DNA of 64,000 nucleotides from positions 131,811 to 195,810 of the forward strand of contig CASEZG010000001.1 of assembly GCA_949292375.1 (NCBI GenBank). The letters are read 5' to 3'. The translations under genes were made by a program, and so were the position numbers. Position 1 is the stretch's first letter. Each line of letters starts with the position of its first letter. This DNA is from an uncultured Pseudomonadota bacterium (GTDB lineage: Bacteria > Pseudomonadota > Alphaproteobacteria > RF32 > CAG-239). This document shows positions 17,168 to 26,219 of this stretch, in pieces. Under the pieces are notes generated by a model. The model worked only from the letters and a program-made list of their open reading frames with translations. It made no database searches and was not told the origin of the DNA.

Positions 17168-19453
17168 TTATTTTGAGCCAAAGCCGCCTAAAGTTTTGAG
17201 CAGGAAGGAAACGCTGAACTCATAATTTCCTTCATATTCGGGGTCGTTTGAGTGGTAGCGATGGATGTCGGTTATGAGTTTGAAACATTCATCCTCGTAA
17301 ATTATTTCTCCGCCATGTTCAATGGAGCCTCCTTTGGGGGCAAGGTCTTGTCTGTTATAGATGGTTAAGCTCCAGTCTTTTGTAAGCTTGGCGGTTACTG
17401 ATATGTATAGTTCTTTTCTTTCTTTGTTGTCGTAAAAATTTTCAAAAGAATTATTTTTTTGTAAATAAATATATGAAACATAAGTTCTCAGCATATTGGG
17501 GCCAAAAGAGGAACCTAGTTCGCTGTATTTTTGTTCCAGAGTATCTTTATCTAAACGGAAACGGTAGGTTAAATCCAGAAAATCTGACGGAGCGGCATAG
17601 ATGCGTCCGACATAGTCCGTGAAGTTGCTGTCCTCATCAATATTTTGGGTAAAGCTTTCGTCTTTGTTGAATTTATAGCTTTGAGCGATGAATGCTGATG
17701 TTCTACCTAAAATGTTACCGTAAGAGCTCCAATTGATACCATAGCTGATACGACTTCCCGTGTCATTGCGGTCATAACCGGGGTAACGATCCAGATTTAG
17801 GATATTTGCATCGGATAATTCGATATCCTGACTGTCCTCATTAGGGATTTTGTCTTCCTCATTTCCGCCGTTGGGTGCTGCAACAGCAACGATTACGGGT
17901 TCTAAAATTTGACGAGAGTTTTCTGTTGCTCTGACAAAAGGCAGCCGCCACTCTAAGCCGACTTGAGGGAAAACTCTTGCAACGCCACCGGTAAAATTTT
18001 CATTTTCAGAATTTGTATAGTTATCTACATAATATAAGTCTGATTTGACAGATGCTACCATGCGGTATTTTTCACCATATGGACTTGTGTATGGTAAAAC
18101 CCAAGAATTTATCATTGAGGCGCGTTGGGTGCTGACATCTTCTTCACGGTAGATTGAAGCAAAATCAAAGTTTGTTTTGTTATATGCACCGTATGGTCCG
18201 ACATCGCTTATGTTTTCATATGAGATGAGCGGTGCAACAAAAGGTTTGTTTATGCTGCGGCGGTTAAATTCGTTTTTGTCTGCTTCTCGGAGGTTGTAGC
18301 TGACAAGTTTGTAATAATATGCTTCCACGGAGGCATAATTTCTATTGTCGAAACCCTGCATTCTTAAACGAGATGTTAGCCAAGTGTCATCTTTGTCAGG
18401 CAGAGATAAATCTTTTAAGTATAAACTGTCTGAAGCATAGTTGATGTCAGCGTCAGCAAGCCAGAAATCATTGAGTTCGTAACGCGCTTTTACAAATAAG
18501 CTACCACGGTTTTTTTCTTTGTCTTCATCGTATAAAAATGAACCTTGGGCATCAATATCGCCGTTATAAAAATATTTTCTATATTGTCCGTCCCAAACTA
18601 TGCCTTTGTCATAACTTAGTATTGGTGAAAAAACTAAATCTTCGTGATCGGATATATTCCAAAAATAACGAGGCTGGAAAAAACCACCAAGATAAGATGA
18701 ACTACCCATTGTCGGCGCAATAAAACCGGAACGGCGTTTTACGCTAGGGTCCGGATGGGATAAAAACGGCGTGTAAAAAACAGGTACGCCTTTTACTTCC
18801 AAAAAGGCATCATTGTAGTAGATATTTTGACTTTGGGCATCATGTTTGACTTTTCGAGCTTTTATCTGCCATAAAGGATCCTTGGTTTGGCATACATCAC
18901 ATGGAGAGTATACAACATTTTCCATTACTTTGTTATCATTGGCAAGTTTGCGGAATTTGCTCGCGGCTATGCGGGTTTCATCCTTCATGATAATACGGAC
19001 ATCAGTCATATGTCCTTTGGTCATTTGGTCATCAAGCTCAACGTAATCCGAAAAAACAACGGTGCCGTCTGCTTGTACAATGCTTACGTTTCCGACAGCT
19101 GTTACAATGTCATCTTTTTGGTTATAAATAACCTTATCTGCTTTTAGGCTTTGATCTTTGCGAATGATATTAACATCTCCAACGGCCGTGATTGTTTGCA
19201 GCTCTTTATTATCTATCATTTCATCGGCACTGAAGTAGATGTCTTCAGTTTCTTTTTCGATACCTTGCTCTGACTGGGGTTTTTTATCCATAAATGAAGT
19301 AATGTTATATTGCGGATTGAGTTCTGCGTAAGGTGTTGCTTTGGGAAGCTCAACGCGGAAAGGCTCTGGCTCGAATGCCACGGACGGTGCCGCAGACGCA
19401 GTCCAGAGAGCTACGGTTGTCCAAAATAGATTATGGCTAAAAAGTTTAGTCAT
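17168..19453 (-). CDS. lptD: LPS-assembly outer-membrane protein LptD
   Basis: YSPCDVC...PLWQIKA, GVPVFYTP, HPDPSVKRRSGF and YEDECF; start at ATG 19453. Confidence 0.93.
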   Translation of the reverse strand: MTKLFSHNLFWTTVALWTASAAPSVAFEPEPFRVELPKATPYAELNPQYNITSFMDKKPQSEQGIEKETEDIYFSADEMIDNKELQTITAVGDVNIIRKDQSLKADKVIYNQKDDIVTAVGNVSIVQADGTVVFSDYVELDDQMTKGHMTDVRIIMKDETRIAASKFRKLANDNKVMENVVYSPCDVCQTKDPLWQIKARKVKHDAQSQNIYYNDAFLEVKGVPVFYTPFLSHPDPSVKRRSGFIAPTMGSSSYLGGFFQPRYFWNISDHEDLVFSPILSYDKGIVWDGQYRKYFYNGDIDAQGSFLYDEDKEKNRGSLFVKARYELNDFWLADADINYASDSLYLKDLSLPDKDDTWLTSRLRMQGFDNRNYASVEAYYYKLVSYNLREADKNEFNRRSINKPFVAPLISYENISDVGPYGAYNKTNFDFASIYREEDVSTQRASMINSWVLPYTSPYGEKYRMVASVKSDLYYVDNYTNSENENFTGGVARVFPQVGLEWRLPFVRATENSRQILEPVIVAVAAPNGGNEEDKIPNEDSQDIELSDANILNLDRYPGYDRNDTGSRISYGINWSSYGNILGRTSAFIAQSYKFNKDESFTQNIDEDSNFTDYVGRIYAAPSDFLDLTYRFRLDKDTLEQKYSELGSSFGPNMLRTYVSYIYLQKNNSFENFYDNKERKELYISVTAKLTKDWSLTIYNRQDLAPKGGSIEHGGEIIYEDECFKLITDIHRYHSNDPEYEGNYEFSVSFLLKTLGGFGSK

Positions 19454-20573
19454 CCGCGATATCCTTAAGTCTTTTTTTGCGTGCAAAGAATGCCGGATTA
19501 TAGAACAATAAAAGATAAATGCAAGCAAACAAAGGAATTAGGAAGTTTGCGTATAAGAGCGGAAGAAAATAAAGGTTTTTTGCCGAAAGATTGGTGAAGG
19601 CCAAGTCACATGCTTGTACAATAACCATTACTAAAATAGAGCTTGATATGATTTTGGTTTGTCCGCGACGATTGAAGTTTCCAACCAAAAGCCCCGTACA
19701 GGCTAAAATAGCAAATACCAAGTTATATAGTGGTGTTAGAATCCTTTTGTGCCCTTCCGTGACATATCGGTTGGCTTCAGCTTCTGTCAGGGTGGGATCA
19801 TTTTTGGCGTTGAATAGTTCTACCAAATTTTTTTCTCGAACACCTTCTTCTTTTTCTTCTTTGGGGCTGGTAGTGCCAAAGTCAACAGAATAGCGGTCGA
19901 AAGATAACGAAGAAAATTGAGAGTTTTTTGTGTTTATTTCTTGTCTTACACCGTTAACCAAGATAATACGAGGCCCTTTGTCGGTATAAACAACGCGCCC
20001 TTTTTCTGCGGATAAGGTCATTTTTTTGTTCGGGTTGCGCTCGTCGTTAACTAAAATTCCGCTTAGAGAACCATCTTTTTCGTGTGTGGTAACAAAGACG
20101 GTAAGCATATATTGTAAGGTGGTAAATTCACCTTCTCTGAACATAAGGTGCGATACGTCGTTTTTTACTTTCCATTCAAGTTCATTGAAAGTTTTTTCTG
20201 CTTGCGGAATGCCGATGTTGTTTACATATAAGCCAAATATTGAAAGCATTATCCCCATAAAAACCGCCGGTTTGGCGTTTTGCCAAGGGCTGATACCTGC
20301 AGATTTCATAACCACAAGTTCTCGGTCAGATAGCATTCGGTTGTAAACAAACAAAACGGCAACAAATAAGGCGATGGGGGATAAGATAATGTATAATCTG
20401 GGCATTAGTAATGAGGTCATCTCAATAAACAAGCTTAGAGGCAAGCCTTTATTGGTTATGAGCTCAACAAAGCGTAACGATTGTGTTAACCACAAAATGG
20501 ATAACAGCGAGAAGGTTACCAGAAGGAAACCGACAAATATTTGTTTGGCTATATAGACGTTTAGTTTTTTCAT
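19446..20573 (-). CDS. lptF: LPS export ABC permease LptF/LptG family (LptF-like)
   Basis: WLTQSLRFVELI, YNRMLSDRELVVMKSAGIS and EGEF motifs; six-TM layout. Confidence 0.85.
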   Translation of the reverse strand: MKKLNVYIAKQIFVGFLLVTFSLLSILWLTQSLRFVELITNKGLPLSLFIEMTSLLMPRLYIILSPIALFVAVLFVYNRMLSDRELVVMKSAGISPWQNAKPAVFMGIMLSIFGLYVNNIGIPQAEKTFNELEWKVKNDVSHLMFREGEFTTLQYMLTVFVTTHEKDGSLSGILVNDERNPNKKMTLSAEKGRVVYTDKGPRIILVNGVRQEINTKNSQFSSLSFDRYSVDFGTTSPKEEKEEGVREKNLVELFNAKNDPTLTEAEANRYVTEGHKRILTPLYNLVFAILACTGLLVGNFNRRGQTKIISSSILVMVIVQACDLAFTNLSAKNLYFLPLLYANFLIPLFACIYLLLFYNPAFFARKKRLKDIADD

Positions 20574-20723
20574 ATCATCAGATGTTTATTTGTACAAATC
20601 GGTTTGGATTATAAACAAAATATATTATAAAAAAACTAATATTTTTAAAAATTTTCATAATTTATTTTATTTTCTTTGTTTTTAATGTTATAATAGACAA
20701 AAAATTAAGCAAAACGGAGATGC

Positions 20724-22097
20724 GTGATGGTTAAAAATCAGCAGTCAGAGGAAAAGGAGGAAAAAGCCTCAAAAGAGGAGGCTCAGCGACTTTTGGATTT
20801 AGCCAAAGAGGATGAAAAGCGCATTAAAGAAGAAATCAGAGCTCTGAAGGCTGAAATTGAAAATGCACAACAGGTTAAGACAGGGCGCGTTATTGATGTT
20901 CATTGGGCGCAAGAGCAAATTGCCGAATATAGTTTTCTTGCGGAAGTTGCCGGTAGAAAAAAAGACCGTTTAGAAAAAATTGTGACTTTGGGTATTCAGG
21001 ATGGATTGCCTGAGTTGATTAATTTTACTCCTAAACAGAAGGTTTATTTTGATAAAAAAAGCAATGAAGAAGCTTTGGATGAGGAAAAGCCCAAAGATGA
21101 TAAACAAGAAAAAAGAGAGCCTGTCGAAGAGAAAAAGCCCGAAAAAGAAGAAAAGAAGAAAAAAACTGAAAAAAAGTTGAAAAAAAACAAAAAGATTGCC
21201 GGAGAAGAACAGAAAAAAACCGGAAATGCTAAATTGAAGGAAATAGCCAGAGGTGTTTCGGCTTTTGCGTTGGAAAAACAGGCAAGAGAGATTAACTCTT
21301 CCGTGAAGGGTTTGGATAATGCGGCAAAGAATCCGTCGCAAAAAGAACAGCTGAAAAAAGAAAAAGAGCAAGAAAAAGTTTTTAAGAAGTTACAGAAAGA
21401 AAATGATAAAGGGATTACGGCTACTCGGACAGAAGGGCTGTTTGTGAATAAGGATGGAAAAAAAGAAGATAAGACCACAATTCAGAAAACAGCCGGTGAT
21501 GATAAGAAAAAGATGGATGAGTTGCGTCATACCGAACTGAAAAAGAAAATTGAAAATCTGCGTGAAAAACTCGAAAAACTTCAAGAAAAACGGCTTCAAC
21601 AAGCGAAAGGTTTCGGGCGAGAAGTTGATGAGGTTAGGTTTAATGCTCAGGAAGCTAAAAAATTGCCCAGCGTAAAAGCAGGAGAGGCCGTGAAGAAAGC
21701 TCTTGAGGCAAAAGAACTTCCCAAAGCGGAAATAGGCGGGGTTATCAGCGAATCGAGTTTGAATAAAGTAGAATATGCAACAAAAAAAGCAGAAGAAAGT
21801 GTTAAAACGGCATCTTTTGTGCCTGATTATGCTACTCCTGAATTTAAGAAAAAAGCTGAGGAACAAAAAAGAAATAAAAATGCGGATAGGCAGAAGTTAT
21901 TGGCTTTAAGCGGTAGGTCTGTCGCAGATAATCGTGCAGAAAATTCTCAAGAAAATGAAAAGACACAGGAAAAGCAGGAATATAGGATTGATCCGGAAAA
22001 AAGCAAACAAAGAGATGCCGAGAAAAATGGCAAAGAGATTAGTTTGCAACAATATCAGGAGATGAAACGTTTGAAATCTAACTCAATGGCGGGTTAA
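20724..22097 (+). CDS. Lys/Glu-rich coiled-coil hypothetical protein
   Basis: 457-aa ORF with GGAG RBS and a downstream terminator; low complexity, no family recognised. Confidence 0.75.
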   Translation: MMVKNQQSEEKEEKASKEEAQRLLDLAKEDEKRIKEEIRALKAEIENAQQVKTGRVIDVHWAQEQIAEYSFLAEVAGRKKDRLEKIVTLGIQDGLPELINFTPKQKVYFDKKSNEEALDEEKPKDDKQEKREPVEEKKPEKEEKKKKTEKKLKKNKKIAGEEQKKTGNAKLKEIARGVSAFALEKQAREINSSVKGLDNAAKNPSQKEQLKKEKEQEKVFKKLQKENDKGITATRTEGLFVNKDGKKEDKTTIQKTAGDDKKKMDELRHTELKKKIENLREKLEKLQEKRLQQAKGFGREVDEVRFNAQEAKKLPSVKAGEAVKKALEAKELPKAEIGGVISESSLNKVEYATKKAEESVKTASFVPDYATPEFKKKAEEQKRNKNADRQKLLALSGRSVADNRAENSQENEKTQEKQEYRIDPEKSKQRDAEKNGKEISLQQYQEMKRLKSNSMAG

Positions 22098-22122
22098 GCG
22101 TTTTTGATATTTTGTTTGTTTT

Positions 22123-22147
22123 GAGGGGGCTTTTTAGCTCCCTTTTT
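22123..22147 (+). terminator. Intrinsic terminator
   Basis: agggggc-ttttta-gctccct followed by tttt. Confidence 0.6.
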
Positions 22148-22275
22148 ACATTCTGTTTTTTCCGGCTCTTATTTTTTTATGCTTGCATAAGCTTTTGTTT
22201 ACTAATACTCTATTAACATATTTTTATTGTCCGTAATGATTGGCGGACCTTTGTTAACGAAAGAAAGGGGAAAAG

Positions 22276-22755
22276 ATGACCGACGCTTCAGTTGCCTCGC
22301 AAGTTGCCGCCAAGTGGCGGAAAAAAAGAGGGTCATTAATTATGGCTCTGCACGAAATCCAAAGCGTGAAGGGCTATGTGCCTTGGGAAGATGCCGTTGA
22401 TATTGCTAACGGAATGGGAATTCCTCTGGCGCGTATTTATGAAGTTCTGACCTTCTATAATTTCTTTAAGTTAGATGCCCCCGGCAAAGCGGTTATCTCA
22501 GTTTGTACTGGAACCGCTTGTTATTTAAAAGGCAATGACAAAGTGTTGGAAGAGTTCAAAAAAGAACTGGGAATCGGTGAGGGCGAGAGCACACCGGACA
22601 GAATGTTCCATCTGCAGGTGGTTCGTTGTGTGGGGTGTTGCGGTTTGGCTCCGGTTTGTGTGGTTAACGGAAAAACTTATGGTCGTGTATCTCCGAATGA
22701 TGTCAGAAATATTTTGGATGAATGGCGTGCCAAATTAGCTGATGATAAGGAGTAA
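22276..22755 (+). CDS. hydC: [FeFe]-hydrogenase gamma subunit (NuoE-like, [2Fe-2S])
   Basis: LHEIQ...GY, TFYNFF, VCTGTAC and RCVGCCGLAP. Confidence 0.9.
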   Translation: MTDASVASQVAAKWRKKRGSLIMALHEIQSVKGYVPWEDAVDIANGMGIPLARIYEVLTFYNFFKLDAPGKAVISVCTGTACYLKGNDKVLEEFKKELGIGEGESTPDRMFHLQVVRCVGCCGLAPVCVVNGKTYGRVSPNDVRNILDEWRAKLADDKE

Positions 22756-22760
22756 AGAAT

Positions 22761-24389
22761 ATGGCCGAGATTGATATTGATAAAAGATTTGATATTCATG
22801 AAATCGCCAAAAACAAGAAAGCTGATTTGGACAGATTTCATGACATTATATCTTTATTGCAAGATGCGGTGGAAGAATATGACCTTAAAGACAAGGTACG
22901 CATCGTGGCTGCCGGTTGTATGGGGTTGTGCGCACAAGGTCCGTTGATGAGAGTTGAAATCAAAGGCCAAAAAGATATTCTTTACAAGCGTCTGGAGCCA
23001 TTGATTGCGCGCTTGATTGTTGCTGAACATGTTGTTCCTGCTTTGAAACTGGAAGAAGGCGAAACTTTTGAGTTGCCTGAGTTCTTACAGCAACATGTTT
23101 TGTCTTTGGATTTGCCTTTCTTTACCAAGCAAGAAAAAGTGGTTTTGAAGTTGGCCGGACATATGGATCCTGAAGATATTCAGGAATATATGGCTCATGG
23201 CGGTTATTTGGCTTTGGAAAAAGTGCTTAAAACCATGACGCCGGCTCAGGTTGTTGATGAGATTAAACGCTCTGGTTTGCGTGGCCGCGGTGGTGGCGGT
23301 TTCTCAACCGGTATGAAATGGGAATTGGCTGCAAAAGTGCCGACGATTGATGAAAAGTTCATTATCTGTAACGGTGATGAAGGCGACCCCGGTGCTTATA
23401 TGGACAGAAGTATTTTGGAGGCGAATCCGCATGCCGTGATTGAGGGTATGATGATTGCGGCTTATGCCATCGGGGCAACGGAAGGATGGTTTTATATCCG
23501 TGCCGAATATCCTTTGGCGGTTGAGCGGCTTGAAAAAGCCATTAAAGCTTGCAAAAAGAATCGTCTGCTCGGCAATAATATTATGGGTACGGATTTTAAC
23601 TTTAATATTGATATTCGTCTCGGTGCCGGTGCTTTTGTTTGCGGTGAAGAAACAGCCTTGATTCACTCTATTGAAGGAAAGCGCGGTACGCCGCGTCCGC
23701 GTCCGCCTTATCCGACAGATAAGGGACTTTGGGGCAAGCCAAGTTGCGTAAACAATGTGGAAACGCTTGGCAATGTGGCTTCGATTATCTTAAAAGGTGC
23801 GGATTGGTTTGCATCCTTTGGTACGGAAACATCTAAGGGAACAAAAGTTTTTGCTTTAACCGGACAAGTTGAACATTCCGGCTTGATTGAGGTGCCGATG
23901 GGAACGACGATTAATGAAATCGTAAATGAAATTGGCGGCGGAGTACCAAACGGCAAAAAGCTCAAAGCGGTTCAGACAGGAGGACCTTCCGGCGGTGTTA
24001 TTCCTTCAGAATATATGGATTTGCCCGTTTGTTATGAGGAGCTTAAAAAAGTCGGTTCAATTATGGGCTCTGGCGGTATGATTGTTATTGATGATACGCA
24101 AGATATGGTTTCCTTGGCAAACTTTTATCTGGACTTTACGGTTGATGAATCTTGCGGAAAGTGTGCTCCTTGTCGTATCGGCGGAAAACAGATGCTTTTG
24201 TTGTTGGAAAAAATCAATAAAGGTAAAGGAACTAAAGAAGATATTGAAGAACTGCGCAAAATCGCTCATGCTATGCAAAAAGCTTCTCTTTGCGGCTTGG
24301 GGCAGACCGCGCCGAATCCGGTATTGTCAACTTTGAAGTTCTATGAGAACGAGTATTTGGCCAAAGTTGAGAAAAACGAGAAAAAATAG
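22761..24389 (+). CDS. hydB: [FeFe]-hydrogenase beta subunit (NuoF-like FMN/NADH-binding), lacking the C-terminal ferredoxin domain
   Basis: GLRGRGGGGF, CNGDEGDPGAYMDR, GAGAFVCGEET, GGPSGG and ESCGKCAPCR...SLCGLG. Confidence 0.9.
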   Translation: MAEIDIDKRFDIHEIAKNKKADLDRFHDIISLLQDAVEEYDLKDKVRIVAAGCMGLCAQGPLMRVEIKGQKDILYKRLEPLIARLIVAEHVVPALKLEEGETFELPEFLQQHVLSLDLPFFTKQEKVVLKLAGHMDPEDIQEYMAHGGYLALEKVLKTMTPAQVVDEIKRSGLRGRGGGGFSTGMKWELAAKVPTIDEKFIICNGDEGDPGAYMDRSILEANPHAVIEGMMIAAYAIGATEGWFYIRAEYPLAVERLEKAIKACKKNRLLGNNIMGTDFNFNIDIRLGAGAFVCGEETALIHSIEGKRGTPRPRPPYPTDKGLWGKPSCVNNVETLGNVASIILKGADWFASFGTETSKGTKVFALTGQVEHSGLIEVPMGTTINEIVNEIGGGVPNGKKLKAVQTGGPSGGVIPSEYMDLPVCYEELKKVGSIMGSGGMIVIDDTQDMVSLANFYLDFTVDESCGKCAPCRIGGKQMLLLLEKINKGKGTKEDIEELRKIAHAMQKASLCGLGQTAPNPVLSTLKFYENEYLAKVEKNEKK

Positions 24390-24402
24390 AGGAGAGCTTA
24401 GA

Positions 24403-26172
24403 ATGGTAAAATTGAAGATTGATAACTATGATGTCGAAGTTCCGGCCGGTACCTCTATTTTGGATGCGGCTCGTACGGTGCAAATAGAAATTCCGACTTT
24501 GTGCAAACATCCTGATGTTGACCCAAGTGCCGGTTGTGGTATGTGTATTGTTCGTGTCAACGGGCGAATTATGCGTTCTTGTTGTACGCCCGTGAGTGAG
24601 GGAATGGAAGTTATTACTTCAGATCCGGAGCTTGTTGATGTGCGTCGCACGGTGTTAAAGTTGATTTTGAGTAACCATCCAAACGAATGTTTAACTTGTA
24701 TTCGTTCCGGACATTGCGAATTGCAGGATATGGCAAATACGTTTGGTATTAGGGACAGCAAACTGCCCAGCTTAAATAAAAAATATGAAATTGATGATTC
24801 TACCAAAGCCATTGTTTTGGATGCATCTAAATGTATTGTTTGCGGCAGGTGTGTTGAAGTTTGCCAAAACCAACAAAATGTTTGGGCTTTGAGCTATTTG
24901 AATCGTGGTTTGGCAACCAGAATTTCGGCTGCCGGCGGGATTAAACTGGCGGACAGTCCTTGTATTAAATGTGGTCAATGTTCGGCGCATTGCCCGACAG
25001 GTGCAATAGTTGAGTATGATGAGACCGAAAAAGTTTGGAATATGTTGAATGATCAAAATCTTTATACAATTGTACAGATTGCTCCGGCTGTACGCGTGGC
25101 TATTGGTGAAGAGTTCGGTTATGAGTTTGGTGAAAATCTGACAGGAAAGACTTATGCTGCTTTGCGTCGTATGGGATTCAAAAAGGTATTTGATACGAAT
25201 TTTGGTGCCGATTTGACCATTATTGAAGAAGCTTCTGAGTTTGTGGAACGCTTTAAAAATAAACCCGAGAGCTTGCCGATGTTTACGTCTTGTTGTCCGG
25301 CTTGGGTGGATTTGTTGGAAAAATATCATCAAGATATGATTCCTCACTTTTCTACTTGTAAATCTCCGCAATCTATGGTCGGAGCAATGGCTAAAACTTA
25401 TTATGCCGAAAAAATGGGAATTGATCCGGCAAAAATCAGAGTTGTTTCGGTTATGCCTTGTACGGCTAAAAAATGGGAGATTGTTCGTAGCGAGGATATG
25501 CGTAGTTCCGGCTATCAGGATGTTGATGTTTCTATCACGACACGTGAATTGGCTCGGATGATTAAACAAGCAGGAATAGATTTTCGCAAGTTGCATGATG
25601 AGGAGGCGGATAGTCCTTTGGGAGAATATTCCGGTGCTGCGACAATTTTCGGAACAACCGGCGGTGTTATGACTGCGGCATTGCGCACTGCTTATTTCTA
25701 TATTACCGGTGAGGAACTCGGTGATTTGGACTTTAAGGAAATTGACGGACTTGAGGGAATTAAAGAGGCAGAGGTCGATATAAAAGGGACCAAGGTTAAA
25801 ATTGCCGTTGCTCACGGAATAGGAAATGTTGAGCAGGTTTTGGATAAGGTTCGTCAGGCTAAAGAAAATGGTGAAGAAATGCCGTATCACTTTATTGAGG
25901 TTATGGCTTGTCGCGGCGGATGTGTTGCCGGCGGTGGACAGCCCCGCGTGATGATGCCGGACCAACCCAAACCACGCGGTATTACCGATGATATTCGGAA
26001 AAAGCGGGCTAAGGGGTTGTTTGATGAAGATTTGAATGCTAAAAACAGATTATCTCATCATAACGAATCTATTAAAACCTTGTATGCCGAATATTTAGGA
26101 AAAGCAGGTTCGGAAAAGGCGCATGAGTTGCTGCATACACATTATGTGCCGAGAGGACTGTATAAAAAATAA
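24403..26172 (+). CDS. hydA: [FeFe]-hydrogenase catalytic subunit (group A)
   Basis: H-cluster motifs TSCCPAW, MPCTAKKWE and EVMACRGGCVAGGGQP; N-terminal [2Fe-2S], HxxxCxxC and two CxxCxxCxxxC; ATG 24403 follows GAGGAG. Confidence 0.95.
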   Translation: MVKLKIDNYDVEVPAGTSILDAARTVQIEIPTLCKHPDVDPSAGCGMCIVRVNGRIMRSCCTPVSEGMEVITSDPELVDVRRTVLKLILSNHPNECLTCIRSGHCELQDMANTFGIRDSKLPSLNKKYEIDDSTKAIVLDASKCIVCGRCVEVCQNQQNVWALSYLNRGLATRISAAGGIKLADSPCIKCGQCSAHCPTGAIVEYDETEKVWNMLNDQNLYTIVQIAPAVRVAIGEEFGYEFGENLTGKTYAALRRMGFKKVFDTNFGADLTIIEEASEFVERFKNKPESLPMFTSCCPAWVDLLEKYHQDMIPHFSTCKSPQSMVGAMAKTYYAEKMGIDPAKIRVVSVMPCTAKKWEIVRSEDMRSSGYQDVDVSITTRELARMIKQAGIDFRKLHDEEADSPLGEYSGAATIFGTTGGVMTAALRTAYFYITGEELGDLDFKEIDGLEGIKEAEVDIKGTKVKIAVAHGIGNVEQVLDKVRQAKENGEEMPYHFIEVMACRGGCVAGGGQPRVMMPDQPKPRGITDDIRKKRAKGLFDEDLNAKNRLSHHNESIKTLYAEYLGKAGSEKAHELLHTHYVPRGLYKK

Positions 26173-26185
26173 TGGTGAAAACACT

Positions 26186-26216
26186 AAAAAACCTCTCCTT
26201 AAGGAGAGGTTTTTTT
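26186..26216. terminator. Bidirectional terminator between hydA and the GT5 gene
   Basis: aaaaaacctctcct-ta-aggagaggtttttt. Confidence 0.85.
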
Positions 26217-26219
26217 ATG

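Noticed and set aside
22276-24389. Respiratory complex I nuoE/nuoF
   Set aside because: Directly linked to an H-cluster protein, with no other nuo genes.
24772-25965. 397-aa antisense ORF, and similar ones opposite nusA, infB and pnp
   Set aside because: Shadow ORFs on the reverse strand of conserved genes.
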